Assembly: GCF_021378375.1 (NCBI RefSeq)
Contig: NZ_CP076228.1
Coordinates: forward strand, 150,001 to 182,000
From: Wolbachia endosymbiont of Drosophila innubila
Lineage (GTDB): Bacteria > Pseudomonadota > Alphaproteobacteria > Rickettsiales > Anaplasmataceae
Length of the DNA: 32,000 bases
Direction of reading: 5' to 3'
In this document: in pieces, positions 18,372 to 28,530 of the stretch
Numbering within the stretch: the first letter of the stretch is position 1
Layout of the letters: every line of letters starts with the position of its first letter
Position numbers and translations under genes: made by a program
The notes under the pieces: generated by a model
The model's input: only the letters and a program-made list of their open reading frames with translations
Databases searched by the model: none
What the model was told of the DNA's origin: nothing

Positions 18372-18867
18372 CTAAGTGAAGAAGGTCGCCCCTCCTCACT
18401 CGACTTCAAAACCGTACGTGAGACTTTGCGCCTCATACGGCTTCTCTCCAATTTGGAGCTTTTCATGCACACCTCCTGTGTAATTCATCGTGACAATGTC
18501 CATGTAACAAAGATAAGTTTTTGATCATGTTGTTTCGTCTATTCCGGTCTTTGTGATGTATTTCTATTGTATCATCACTTTTAAACCATAGTCTACAATT
18601 ATCACATTTACTTTATTGTAACTTCAATAGTTTTATTACTCTTAATGGCTTATCTGGTATTTTTCTCAGACGTTTACCCCAATAAACCCAATCACCATCA
18701 TATGGAGATCTGGTTTTTTGCACTTTGATATGTCGTTTAATAACATGATCGCTGTGTATAATAAAATGTATCTTGTTACTTGTCATAAAACGCCAGTTAT
18801 CGTTATTATACTTTTTAAAGTATTTTCTTTTTATCCAGCATTTCCCTTTGTTTGGGTGCCTAAAGAC
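18372..18867 (-). mobile_element. group II intron, 3' remnant: maturase tail and HNH domain of the intron-encoded protein (one in-frame TAA), then domains V and VI
   Basis: The minus-strand translation is RHPNKGKCWIKRKYF...IKRHIKVQKTRSPYDGDWVYWGKRL...KLQ*SKCDNCRLWFKSDDTIEIHHKDRNRRNNMIKNLSLLHGHCHDELH. Domain V-like RNA (aagccgtatgaggcgcaaagtctcacgtacggtt) lies at ~18409-18444. A stem ending cttcttcac follows it. The 5' part is cut off by the IS3 element at 18868. Confidence 0.7.
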
Positions 18868-20071
18868 TGACCTTACCCAGAAAAAGTGGAGAGAAAGAAA
18901 GGAGTTTTTTTGGGTAAAATAAAATTTTGGAGGATTAGAAATGGTAAGAGAATATACAGCAGAATTCAAATTGGAAGCTGTTAAACTGGCAAATGAACAA
19001 AGAAAGGTAGGTCAACCAGTTGCAAAAGTAGCAAGAGATCTAGGAATAAGGGATAGTGTATTAGGAAAATGGATAAAGAAACACAACGAAAAAAAAAGTC
19101 GGCGGCAAATGCATTTCCAGATGTAGCACCTTATGACAAAGAGAGGTTTGATTTACAAAGCAAGAGTAACAAGGGAAAGAGACATTAAAAAAAAAGCCCT
19201 GGCCAGTCAAAAAGAGTAAAATATTTTTTTATATAGTAACTGCTATAAAGTACAGGAATTATGTAGGATTTTCTGCTAGTGGCTACTATAAGTGGACCAC
19301 AAGAAAAATAAGCAGTAGAGAATCAGCAAATAAAGAGTTATTAGCAGATATTCAAAAAATATATCAAGCTTCTAAATGTAGATATGGAGCTCCTAAAATT
19401 CATGCTGAATTGAAGGCTTTGGGTAAAAGTTGCAATTTGAAAACGGTGCAAAGTATTATGCAGAAAAATGACATCAGGGCTATACTGAAAAGAAAGTTTA
19501 AAATTAAAAAACAACAAACAGATAATAGAGCTGTAGCTCCCAATATACTAGATCAAAACTTTATTGTTGATCAACCAAATAAAGTATGGGATTACTTATA
19601 TAAAAACCAAAGAAGGATGGCTATATTTGGCAACAATAATCGATCTATATTCACGCATGGTAGTTAATGAGCAGTTCAATAAATAAACAATTGGTTATGG
19701 ACTCTTTATTAATGGCCGTTAACAAGCGTAAACCTGCCAAAAATCTACTATTACATAGTGATCAAGGTTCACAATATACTTTGCAAGGTTATCAATATCT
19801 CTTAGCTGTAAAGAATATAGATGAGTAATAAAGGCTGTTGTTACGACAATTCTGTTGCAGAAAGCTTCTTTAGCTCATTGAAAAGAGAAATACTTATTGA
19901 TACTTCACAACACTCTGCTCAACAAACTAGAACTGCAATATTTGAATACATAGAAATTTTTTATAACAAACAACGTCACTATTAACTATTGCATTCCAGA
20001 ACAATTTGATGCATCATTCTTTTTGTAAAAAACATTCCACACTTTCTCTCCACTTTTTCTGGGTAAGGTCA
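18868..20071 (+). mobile_element. IS3-family insertion sequence, decayed (orfA and orfB broken by frameshifts and stops)
   Basis: It has 30-bp perfect terminal inverted repeats (tgaccttacccagaaaaagtggagagaaag at 18868-18897, complement at 20042-20071) with TG...CA ends. An orfA-like HTH (MVREYTAEFKLEAVKLA...) is present. orfB pieces (YGAPKIHAELKALG, HSDQGSQYT, CYDNSVAESFF, IFEYIEIFYNKQR) lie scattered over three frames. Confidence 0.85.
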
Positions 20072-20076
20072 CTGAC

Positions 20077-21501
20077 TCAATACCCAGTCAATATCCTTTC
20101 CACCAGTTCTTTTACTGCCGGTACGTAGCCATTCTCATAAAATGGATCTTGCTTAAATTTGTACACATTGTGCCCGGAAAACATGAGTTCGTTCTCAATA
20201 TCACCGTCGTGTATAACGTTTTGCAGTGTTTTTTGTATGCAAAAACTACGCGGATCTGGCTTTCGTCCTGTTGAATGGTCACCATGATCTTTCCAATTGC
20301 TAAACAAACAATGGCTCAAACATCCCATACAATTGATTTGATCTTCTCTTATTTGTTTAAATTTATCTGGCGTCACAAAAATAACAGTTGAATCTGGGGT
20401 TTTCATTGCTTCTGTGTACCCTGCTTTAGTCCATGTATTTGCCAGTTCTTTGTCTTTTGCAGTAAGGTAGATCTTCCTACCTCTGCTACCCATTGCAAAT
20501 TCACTATTGGATTCTTCGCTGGCATTTTCTGAAAAATTTACTTGATGTAATTTTCGTTCCTGTAACTCACGTATAAAATTATTCCTCACCGCAGATGAGT
20601 AAAACCCTGTTGGACTGAATTTATTTAAAAATACATCACCTTCTTCTAAAGTGAGTAGCTTCTTTTTCCACTCTGCAGAAATTGGGCTTTCTTTCGTCAA
20701 AAGTGGACGAGTGCCAAACTGAAAAGCTATTGGTCCAATTTGCAGATTGTCAAACCAATGTTCCCAATCTTTCAAATGCCACACTCCTCCTGCCATAACA
20801 ATTGGTGTTTCTGAAAGACCGATCTCGTTCATGAAAGATCTAAGCTCTGCAACTCTTTCAAATGGAGCCTGTGGTAGCTCTGGGTCTTCACTGTTACTCA
20901 GTCCATTGTGCCCTCCAGCAAGCCATGGATCTTCATACACTACTCCACCAAGCAAATAGGAAGATATTCTTTGGTAAGCACGCTTCCATAATGCTTTAAA
21001 AGCACGCACCGATGAGATAATAGGGTAATAATAAACCTGATATTTAGCTGCAATTTCTCCAAGCCTATAAGGCATACCAGCACCGCAGGTAATACCATGA
21101 ATCAAACCTTTCGCTCCTTCTAATATGCCATGAAGTACGCGTTCTGCTGCTCCCATCTCCCAAAGTACATTCATGTGTATTCTTCCATGACCTTTTGATA
21201 TTTCATTTGCTATTCTTGCCTGACTAATTCCAGCTTCAATACTATACTCAATCAATTCACTATGCTTTTCATTTCTTGTTTTGCCTTTATAAATTAGTGG
21301 CACTAACTCGCCATTATCATCAATAAGCTTAGCATTTGCACCAGAAAATGTACCCACAGCATCTGCTGCAGCAAATGCTCCGCTTGATCTCCCATCACTA
21401 ACTGCAATGCCTTTACCACCTTCGATGATTGGCCACACTTCCTTTCCTGAAATTACTATCTTTTTTATCTTATTTTTCAAAACTTCCTCGCAATCTTTCA
21501 C
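20077..21501 (-). CDS. nitronate monooxygenase / 2-nitropropane dioxygenase family flavoprotein (long form)
   Basis: It has TIM-barrel FMN oxidoreductase blocks (GITCGAGMP, IVMAGGV, FQFGTRPL) and a Cys-containing C-terminal extension. The exact function is not deducible. Confidence 0.8.
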   Translation of the reverse strand: MKDCEEVLKNKIKKIVISGKEVWPIIEGGKGIAVSDGRSSGAFAAADAVGTFSGANAKLIDDNGELVPLIYKGKTRNEKHSELIEYSIEAGISQARIANEISKGHGRIHMNVLWEMGAAERVLHGILEGAKGLIHGITCGAGMPYRLGEIAAKYQVYYYPIISSVRAFKALWKRAYQRISSYLLGGVVYEDPWLAGGHNGLSNSEDPELPQAPFERVAELRSFMNEIGLSETPIVMAGGVWHLKDWEHWFDNLQIGPIAFQFGTRPLLTKESPISAEWKKKLLTLEEGDVFLNKFSPTGFYSSAVRNNFIRELQERKLHQVNFSENASEESNSEFAMGSRGRKIYLTAKDKELANTWTKAGYTEAMKTPDSTVIFVTPDKFKQIREDQINCMGCLSHCLFSNWKDHGDHSTGRKPDPRSFCIQKTLQNVIHDGDIENELMFSGHNVYKFKQDPFYENGYVPAVKELVERILTGY

Positions 21502-21615
21502 TCTATTTTACTTAATTACTAAAAAAATGATAGCTGTTTATTTTTTCTTGTATCATTAAAGCTTCTGTAGCTACTCATGCTGTTGTAGTTTGAGAGCAGT
21601 TCCCATCGGAAGGGT

Positions 21616-21822
21616 GTCATTCCAGTGCTTGACACTGGAATCCAGTTTTTGATCAAAAATGTTGCTATAGTGCACAATCAATTTTCCTGGATCCAAGTAG
21701 TCTGGGCTACTTGGATGACACCATAGGGGGCTACTTGGATGACAGGGGAGGCTGCTGGGATCCTGACAACCGTCATCCCGCTGCTTGTTAGCGGGATCTA
21801 GAGATACCGCGGCGGTATGACG
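21616..21822. repeat. family B hairpin units followed by a family A element (inverted)
   Basis: Contains gtcattccagtgcttgacactggaatccag, ctggatccaagtagtctgggctacttggatgac and ccgtcatcccgctgcttgttagcgggatctagagataccgcggcggtatgacg. Confidence 0.8.
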
Positions 21823-21827
21823 TAGAG

Positions 21828-22415
21828 CTACGTGTTTAGGTTTAATGAATCCACTATATCTTTTACTTGAGAAAAAACATACTCTTTGCTTACACTGGTA
21901 TCGATAATAAAGTCACTCATCTTCCTTTTCTCCTCAATAGATAACTGAACATCGGAGATTAGATTAAGCTTTTCTTTATCTATGTTGCGTTCGTTAAGTC
22001 TTTGAGCTTGCACAACGCTATCTGCATGAACAAAAACAATAAGGTCGCAATATAAATAAAATTTTGTTTCTAATAGAAGTGGCACATCTAAAACTAAAAG
22101 TTTTCTATCGATCTTTTTTTCCTTGGCAATAAAAAATTCTAATTCACGCAGCACAGCAGAGTGAACCAAAGATTGAAATTGTTTCCAATTTTCATCGTAG
22201 GCTAAGAAATATTTAGACAGTACTGTTCTATCTATTTCACCATTTACTACCACTCCAGGAAAATTTTTCTCTGCATAACTTATTATGCTTTTATCCACTT
22301 TATAAAGTTGGTGTACAACAGAATCAGCATCAAATACAACAGCACCAAACTCTTGAAAGCAATTAGCTACAAAGCTCTTTCCTACCCCAATTCCGCCTGT
22401 TAGACTTATAATCAT
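21828..22415 (-). CDS. coaE: dephospho-CoA kinase
   Basis: It has the P-loop at the N-terminus (IISLTGGIGVGKS), a length of 195 aa and the DVPLL motif. Confidence 0.9.
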   Translation of the reverse strand: MIISLTGGIGVGKSFVANCFQEFGAVVFDADSVVHQLYKVDKSIISYAEKNFPGVVVNGEIDRTVLSKYFLAYDENWKQFQSLVHSAVLRELEFFIAKEKKIDRKLLVLDVPLLLETKFYLYCDLIVFVHADSVVQAQRLNERNIDKEKLNLISDVQLSIEEKRKMSDFIIDTSVSKEYVFSQVKDIVDSLNLNT

Positions 22416-22490
22416 ATAACAAAATACATTCGACTTCTTTTGAAACTATAGCTAAGGTTTCTCTATATATATTAACTAGATTTTCTAGAT

Positions 22491-22694
22491 CTCAGTGTCA
22501 AGCACATAACTATACGAACATTGCAATTTGTAGGTGGTGTTATTCCAGTCTGGAATCTAGCTTTTATGTTGCATAGTGCACAATCAATTTTCCTGGATCC
22601 AAGTAGTCAGGGCTACTTGGATAACACCCTACTTAACCGTCATACCGCCGCGGTATCTCTTAGCCACTAACACGTAGCGGGATGACGATTGTCG
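22491..22694. repeat. mosaic of family B, C and A repeats
   Basis: Contains ctcagtgtcaagcac, ctatacgaacattgcaatttgtagg, ctggatccaagtagtcagggctacttggataac and ccgtcataccgccgcggtatctc...cgtagcgggatgacgattgtcg. Confidence 0.8.
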
Positions 22695-22710
22695 ATAAAT
22701 CTAAGTTACT

Positions 22711-23939
22711 TTAGCAACAGTTATTCTCCACTAAATTACTCTGAATTTTGGTTATATTATTTGCGGATTTCACTGCTGAAATCTCAAATTTTGAGCTTGT
22801 GTTCAAAAATGATTCAACTGACCTGCCAAAAAAATCATATCTCCATCCCTTGAATAATTTATCTGTCTGTCCAGATATTGACCCGGTTAACTCATCTTTT
22901 GAAGAAACTAATTTCCTTGATATGTTACTTTCTTTACATTTACTATCTAAAATAATTGAGAGTATATCAAGTACAGATTTGTCATAATTACTCGATAAGG
23001 TGTTGTTTTGCTGCATCCAATTTCTCTCATTTTCATTAAAAATATTCACAAACTCTAGTAAATCCGCATCTTTTATATTTTTGTATTCCTCTTGAGATCA
23101 TCTAAAATCTCATCAACATGCTCTACATTTTTTTCAATAAAATCAGCTATTACAGCATTATTGATTATTTTATTACGGTTCATATTATAGCGCTGTGCTA
23201 AGGTTTCTTGCCACTCACTAACTGCTTTAACAGTTAGTATCAATCTTGGATTTACTTCATAATTAAATTTAATCCTCTTCCATGCATCTTTTGGGCTATG
23301 TAAATACTTATTTATATCAACTATTGATTCCATCTCTTCTTGAAACCAACCCATCCTATTATTTTCTTCAAGTTTATTGCACAATATTTGGTATAGGTCA
23401 TATAGGTGTACCACGTCGTTTACTGCATAATCTAACTGATCTTCGGACAACGGACGCCTTAACCAATCTGAATTTTTAGCTTTAATTTTATCCAGTGCTA
23501 TTCTTTGATATTGCTCCACTACTTTTGAGTAACCAATAAAGTCATGATAATAATGACAAAACATAGCAGCAACTTGGGTATCAAAAATGGGAGTGGGAAT
23601 ACATTTAAACACAGTGAGTAAGGATTCTATATCCTGCCGGCAGCTATGAAACACTTTGGTTATCCCCTGATTTAGCATTATTTTCTTAATGAATGATAAA
23701 TCAATTTCTGGCACTAATGCGTCTACAATAAAACTCTTCTCTCCGTAAGAAATTTGAATTAACGATAATTTTGGGTAGTAGATTAAATTATTTCTAATGA
23801 ACTCCGTGTCAACTGCTATAAATTTCGGCTTTTTTGCTATTAACTCTTCACATGTATTCTCCAGTTCTGATGTTGTACTAATTAGCATATATTTTTTATT
23901 CAGTGGATTTATTTTATAATTTATATTAAATTTTTGCAA
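22711..23939 (-). pseudogene. rnd: ribonuclease D, split into 288-aa and 112-aa ORFs by a -1 frameshift
   Basis: The N-terminal part has the DEDDy 3'-5' exonuclease motifs (IAVDTEF, LIQIS, VFHSCRQDIE, YAVNDVVHL). The C-terminal part carries the GWRYDFFG block. Adding one base to the 5-nt run at 23078-23082 joins ...DDLKRNTK to NIKDADLLEFVNIFNE.... Confidence 0.8.
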
Positions 23940-23994
23940 TTAATGACTTCTTGCAGAACTTTCTATCACTCATTGGCATCACACAAATAGCCTT

Positions 23995-24227
23995 TTCCAT
24001 CCCAATCCCAGTGCTTCCTTCTCCTGTCATCCCAGTGCCCTGACTACTTGGATCTAGCAAGCTTTGCTTGCAAATAAGTCTAATACGCGTCGCGTTTTAT
24101 GCCAAAACACAATTGGAGTTACATGCAAAATAGATCCCAGACTGGGATGACAAAAAAAGGAGCACTGGGATGACAGCAGTCCTGCGTCATACCGCCGCGG
24201 TATCTCTAGATCCCGCTAACAAGTAGC
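23995..24227. repeat. family B units and a family A element preceding repeat copy 2
   Basis: Contains cccaatcccagtgc, gtcatcccagtgccctgactacttggatc, gatcccagactgggatgac and gcgtcataccgccgcggtatctctagatcccgctaacaagtagcggg. Confidence 0.75.
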
Positions 24228-24722
24228 GGGATGACGATTGTCGTTTAGCTATAAATATTAAGAAATTTACCAAACAAAAAAAAGGCAAAAGAAGCCCTGG
24301 GGTTATTATCCGCTTTAAAATATTGGCGTTTTTTATGTTTTAAACGCTTGACAAGCAAGATTAAGCTGCTTTTAATTGCAACTAACTTACGCTGCAAATG
24401 TTTAAGAAATTTACTAAGCAGAAAAAAAGACAAAGAATCCCCGAGTTAGCTAGTCTTTTACTATCTCTGTCGAGTATTGGCATTTTTTGATGTCTTGTAA
24501 CGCTTTATAAGCGCGTTCAGCTTATTTAGATAAAAATCTAGATGTAGATGAAGTTTTGTAAAGACATATAGTATCTATATACTGCAAAAAATTGAACATA
24601 AGACGCCGATACATTAAGTAATCCTTACCTTTTAATCTGCAGATTGGCGAAAGCAAATACAATAGCTTCACTATCATGATAAGGGAGCTGGCGAAGGGTG
24701 TCAAGTAAGTTTTTCGTTTCTA
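24228..24722. repeat. ~495-bp modular repeat, copy 2
   Basis: It is collinear with 4358-4854. The central ~365 bp is identical by eye, and the orientation is the same. Confidence 0.85.
24676..24704 (-). promoter_or_regulatory. sigma70-like promoter inside repeat copy 2 (TTGACA-17 nt-TATCAT on the minus strand)
   Basis: The minus strand reads ttgaca cccttcgccagctccct tatcat. The hexamers and spacing are conserved relative to copy 1. Confidence 0.3.
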
Positions 24723-24770
24723 TAGCTACTACCACGATTGTATAGGTAATTCTTCACTTATAATAATGAT

Positions 24771-27235
24771 TCAAGCCTTCAGCTCCTCAAACACTTCATT
24801 TGCTCTATTTAAAACAGAATCAGGAAAACCAGCAAGTTTTGCTACATGTATTCCATATGACTCATCTGCAATGCCTTCAATTACTTCATGTAGAAAAATA
24901 ACCTCTCCGTTCCACTCTCTTATTTTTACACAAAAACATTTCACGTTCTTCAAGTATTTGCTTACTTTAGTTAATTCATGATAATGAGTTGCAAAAATGG
25001 CGCGGCACTTATTTACATTGTGAATATGTTCAATCACCGCCTGTGCAATAGATAATCCATCATACACCCCTGTGCCCCTACCAATTTCATCAAGTATCAC
25101 CAAGGAACGGTCCGTTGCCTGATTTACTATCGTTGCTGTTTCGATCATCTCTACCATGAAGGTAGAATAACCAGCTGTTATATTATCCGTTGCGCCAACC
25201 CTGCTGAATATCTTGTCAATCACTCCAATATGTGCACTCTCTGCTGGCACAAATGACCCCATGTGAGCTAAAATTGCAATGAGAGCGTTTTGCCTCAAGA
25301 AAGTGCTTTTTCCAGCCATATTAGGACCAGTAATTAGATGTATACCAGCTAAATTGATGCTATTTGCAATGAATTTATCGTTAACTTCAACCACTGGATG
25401 TCTTCCGCTACAGATATTGAACTCTTTGCTGTCATCAATAATGGGTTTTACGTAATTATTTTGCACTGCAAGCTCTGCAAATGCGGTTCTAACATCAAGT
25501 TTTGCCAAAGCATTTGCAGCAAGAGCAATTTTTCAGATTCTTTAGCGACTTCACTACACAGTTCACTAAAAATTTTCATTTCTAAGCCGATTGCAGCATC
25601 ACGTGCCGTAAGAATTTTATTTTCTAGTTCTTTCAATTCATTAGTAGTGTAGCGCATGCTATTTGCTAAGCTTTGCCTATGAATAAATATATCCGAAGTT
25701 ATTTTGTGATTTGCCGACACTTCAACGTAATAACCAAGTATGTTGTTGTGTAATATTTTGAGTGCGGCAATGCCAGTAAGATCGCGATAAGATTCACGGA
25801 GCTTAGTTACCAACTTGTTACTGTTGTTCAATATATAAGATAACTCAGATAATTCTGAGTTGTATTTTGAGTGAATAAATCCTCCTTCTTTCACGGAACT
25901 GAGGTTATTATCGAGTATAGCACTATTTAACAGTTCAAATAGGTCTTTATGATTGCCAAGGCTTTTATGTATTGTGCTTAGTTCACTCTCGTCTGATTTT
26001 ACTGTTATTCCAGCGCGTGACGCTAGCTGGATCTCAGTTTGGATGACATATTGTTGTGGGAGAGATCCATTTTCACCTGATTCAATTTTACATAAGAACT
26101 CAGACAATTCTAAAGTCTTTCCTAGGCCTATTTTCAATAGGTTCATATCCTTTGGTGAACTACGCCCTAGTATTAAGCGCGATAAAGACCTTTCAATATC
26201 CGGAATGTTAGATAATATCTCTCGTATTTTTCTGCGTGAATCATGATTATTTACAAAAAATTGAGCGGTGCTGAGCCTCAAATTGATTGCCTTGGAGCAA
26301 GCAAGGGGTGAAGCGAGCATTTGTTTGAGCAGGCGTCCACCAGAAGCTGTAACTGTATGATCAATAACTGAAATTAGTGAACCTTTCTTTTCACCAAATT
26401 GAGTTGAAAACAACTCAAGATTTCTCCTTGCTGAAGCATCAATAAGCATGAAATTTTGTTGCTTATAGGTTTTTGGGAATTCAAGCCTTGGAATAGAGCC
26501 CCTTTGTGTTACTCTGACATATTCAAGCAGTGCACCACACGCCATGATTTCTACTTTGCTGAAATTTCCTATACTCCCAAGTTCCCTGATTTTATAAAAC
26601 TCGCATAATGTTCTGTGAGATTTACTATACTCAAAAAAGCTCTGTGCGTGTTGCGTAATTGATATTTTATAATTTTTTAAAATCGATCTAATTTTTTCAT
26701 CCTCAGTGAATTTTTCAGAAATTAATAATTCTCTTGGTGATATACGCAATAAATCACTATCTAGAGCTTTCAAACTCGTTAAAGTGTGAAAAAATTTTCC
26801 CGTCGATAATTCAAGCCAACTAATAGCATATTCGTCATTTTGTTCAACTATGGATGCGAGATAATTATTGCTTTTATCCTCCAGTAGTGAATCTTCTATA
26901 ATTGTACCTGGAGTTACAACTCGCACTACATCACGTTTTACTATGGATTTATAGCCCCTCTTTTTTGCTTCATCAGCAGTTTCTAATTGATCACAGATTG
27001 CTACTTTGAATCCTAAATCTATTAGCTTGTGCAGGTAAGATTCACTACTGTGTGCTGGCACTTCACACATTGGTATTTCTTGCCCACACGAATTACCTCT
27101 CTTAGTGAGCACTATATTCAGCAATTTCGCAGCTTTAATAGCATCATCGAAAAACAATTCATAAAAATCTCCTAGCCTATAAAATAGCAGATGATCTTTG
27201 TATTGAGCTTTCAGGTTCAAATACTGCTCCATCAC
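24771..27235 (-). pseudogene. mutS: DNA mismatch repair protein MutS, split into 595-aa and 245-aa ORFs by a -1 frameshift
   Basis: The N-terminal ORF has MMEQY..K......[17 protein letters not shown]. The C-terminal ORF has GRHPVVE, the Walker A motif [15 protein letters not shown], and DEIGRGT and THYHEL. Adding one base to the 5-nt run at 25529-25533 gives ...[17 protein letters not shown].... Confidence 0.9.
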
Positions 27236-27378
27236 AGGGGTGTTTTTTCTTTTACGAAGCTCATAATATTTTTTAATATATTGTATTGATAAACGTTATT
27301 ATAGATTATATTGCACATGTGAATAACATAAATTTTAAATAGGTGTATAGAGGGGAAAATTTAAAACAATTAAATTTC

Positions 27379-27485
27379 TTGGATCCAAGTAGTCAGGACA
27401 CTTGGATGACATAAAGAGTAGGAGTATTTGATGACAAAAAAACAAAAACACAGTTGTCATTCCAGCGCGTGACGCTGGAATCCAG
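27379..27485. repeat. two family B hairpin units
   Basis: Contains cttggatccaagtagtcaggacacttggatgac and gtcattccagcgcgtgacgctggaatccag. Confidence 0.8.
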
Positions 27486-27538
27486 AATATCCTAATTACA
27501 AGGTTTATTATTTAGTTTGAAAAATACTATAGCTTTTT

Positions 27539-28345
27539 CTATGTAAGTTGTGGCCCCTTTTTACCATTTGCGACAGTTGTATCATCAACAGATATTTCAG
27601 AGCTAACAGTGCTAATAGTTTTTTCTATCGCTTTAGCCTGTTCATAGTCTTGACTCAAAAAATACATGGCCAGTCCAATAGCTATACTAGCAACAAGAGA
27701 AGATGCTATCATTACACCTAGTATCATACCACCAGAAAGACTTACTGCAACACACACACCAGCTCCAAGTACAACACCAAGAAAACCACCAATTATTACG
27801 CCAGGCACCAAACTGCCTACCATAGCGCTTTCTTTTTTCGTATTAGCTTGTTTTTTCATACTTTTAATAAGCACTTCTTTTGTTTTTCCTTGAGCTAAAT
27901 CTGAAGGAACTTTATTATCCGCGTTTTGTATCAAAGGATTTGCACTATATGTAACAAGCAGGGTGGTTATTTCTTCAGTTTTATTACCTATAACTGCATG
28001 ATGTAGTAATGTATTTCCCTCTTCATCTTTAAAGTTTATATGAGTACGAAATTCTTCATCTAGATTTCTTATTGGGTTGTTTTTTGCATATATCCTAGAT
28101 TGTATTGCTCCATCTAAGTATTGTATTACTTGTTCTAGTGATTGCTCGCCAGGATTTTGTATAAAATGAAGCAGAATTTCGTGTACTATCGCTTCCTTTG
28201 TAGTTTGTGGGCATTGTAAAGCGTAATTAAATGTCTGTGTAGTAATAACTTCTTCTTTTCTTTTTTTAAGAACAACCCTTAAATCTTCAATCGCCTTTTC
28301 ACCATCTTTTATTCCAAGAATTATTGAATCCAAATTATTTATCAT
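27539..28345 (-). CDS. ankyrin-repeat protein with a C-terminal Gly-rich double transmembrane region
   Basis: It has an ANK consensus (DEEGNTLLHHAVIGNKTEEITTLLVTYSANPLIQNADNKVPSDLA). A ~55-residue hydrophobic stretch follows (MVGSLVPGVIIGGFLGVVLGAGVCVAVSLSGGMILGVMIASSLVASIAIGLAMYFL). Confidence 0.8.
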   Translation of the reverse strand: MINNLDSIILGIKDGEKAIEDLRVVLKKRKEEVITTQTFNYALQCPQTTKEAIVHEILLHFIQNPGEQSLEQVIQYLDGAIQSRIYAKNNPIRNLDEEFRTHINFKDEEGNTLLHHAVIGNKTEEITTLLVTYSANPLIQNADNKVPSDLAQGKTKEVLIKSMKKQANTKKESAMVGSLVPGVIIGGFLGVVLGAGVCVAVSLSGGMILGVMIASSLVASIAIGLAMYFLSQDYEQAKAIEKTISTVSSEISVDDTTVANGKKGPQLT

Positions 28346-28530
28346 GCTATCCTCCTTGATTTGATTGCATTACTCATTAATAAATAATATAATAAATCCT
28401 GCTAAAAGTCAAGCAATTAATTAATAAGTTAATATAATCCTCCAAAAGGAGCTCCTTACTTTTTGTTCAGCATGTCCATTGGATCAGACTCTTTAAGCTT
28501 GCTGTTTGCTGAATTTATTCATCACAATAG

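Noticed and set aside
18056-18969. Track ORFs 18056..18472 (138 aa) and 18613..18969 (118 aa) as genuine proteins
   Set aside because: Both are chimeras. The first reads through intron domains V/VI into the Rpn gene fragment. The second starts inside the IS3 inverted repeat and continues into the intron maturase tail.
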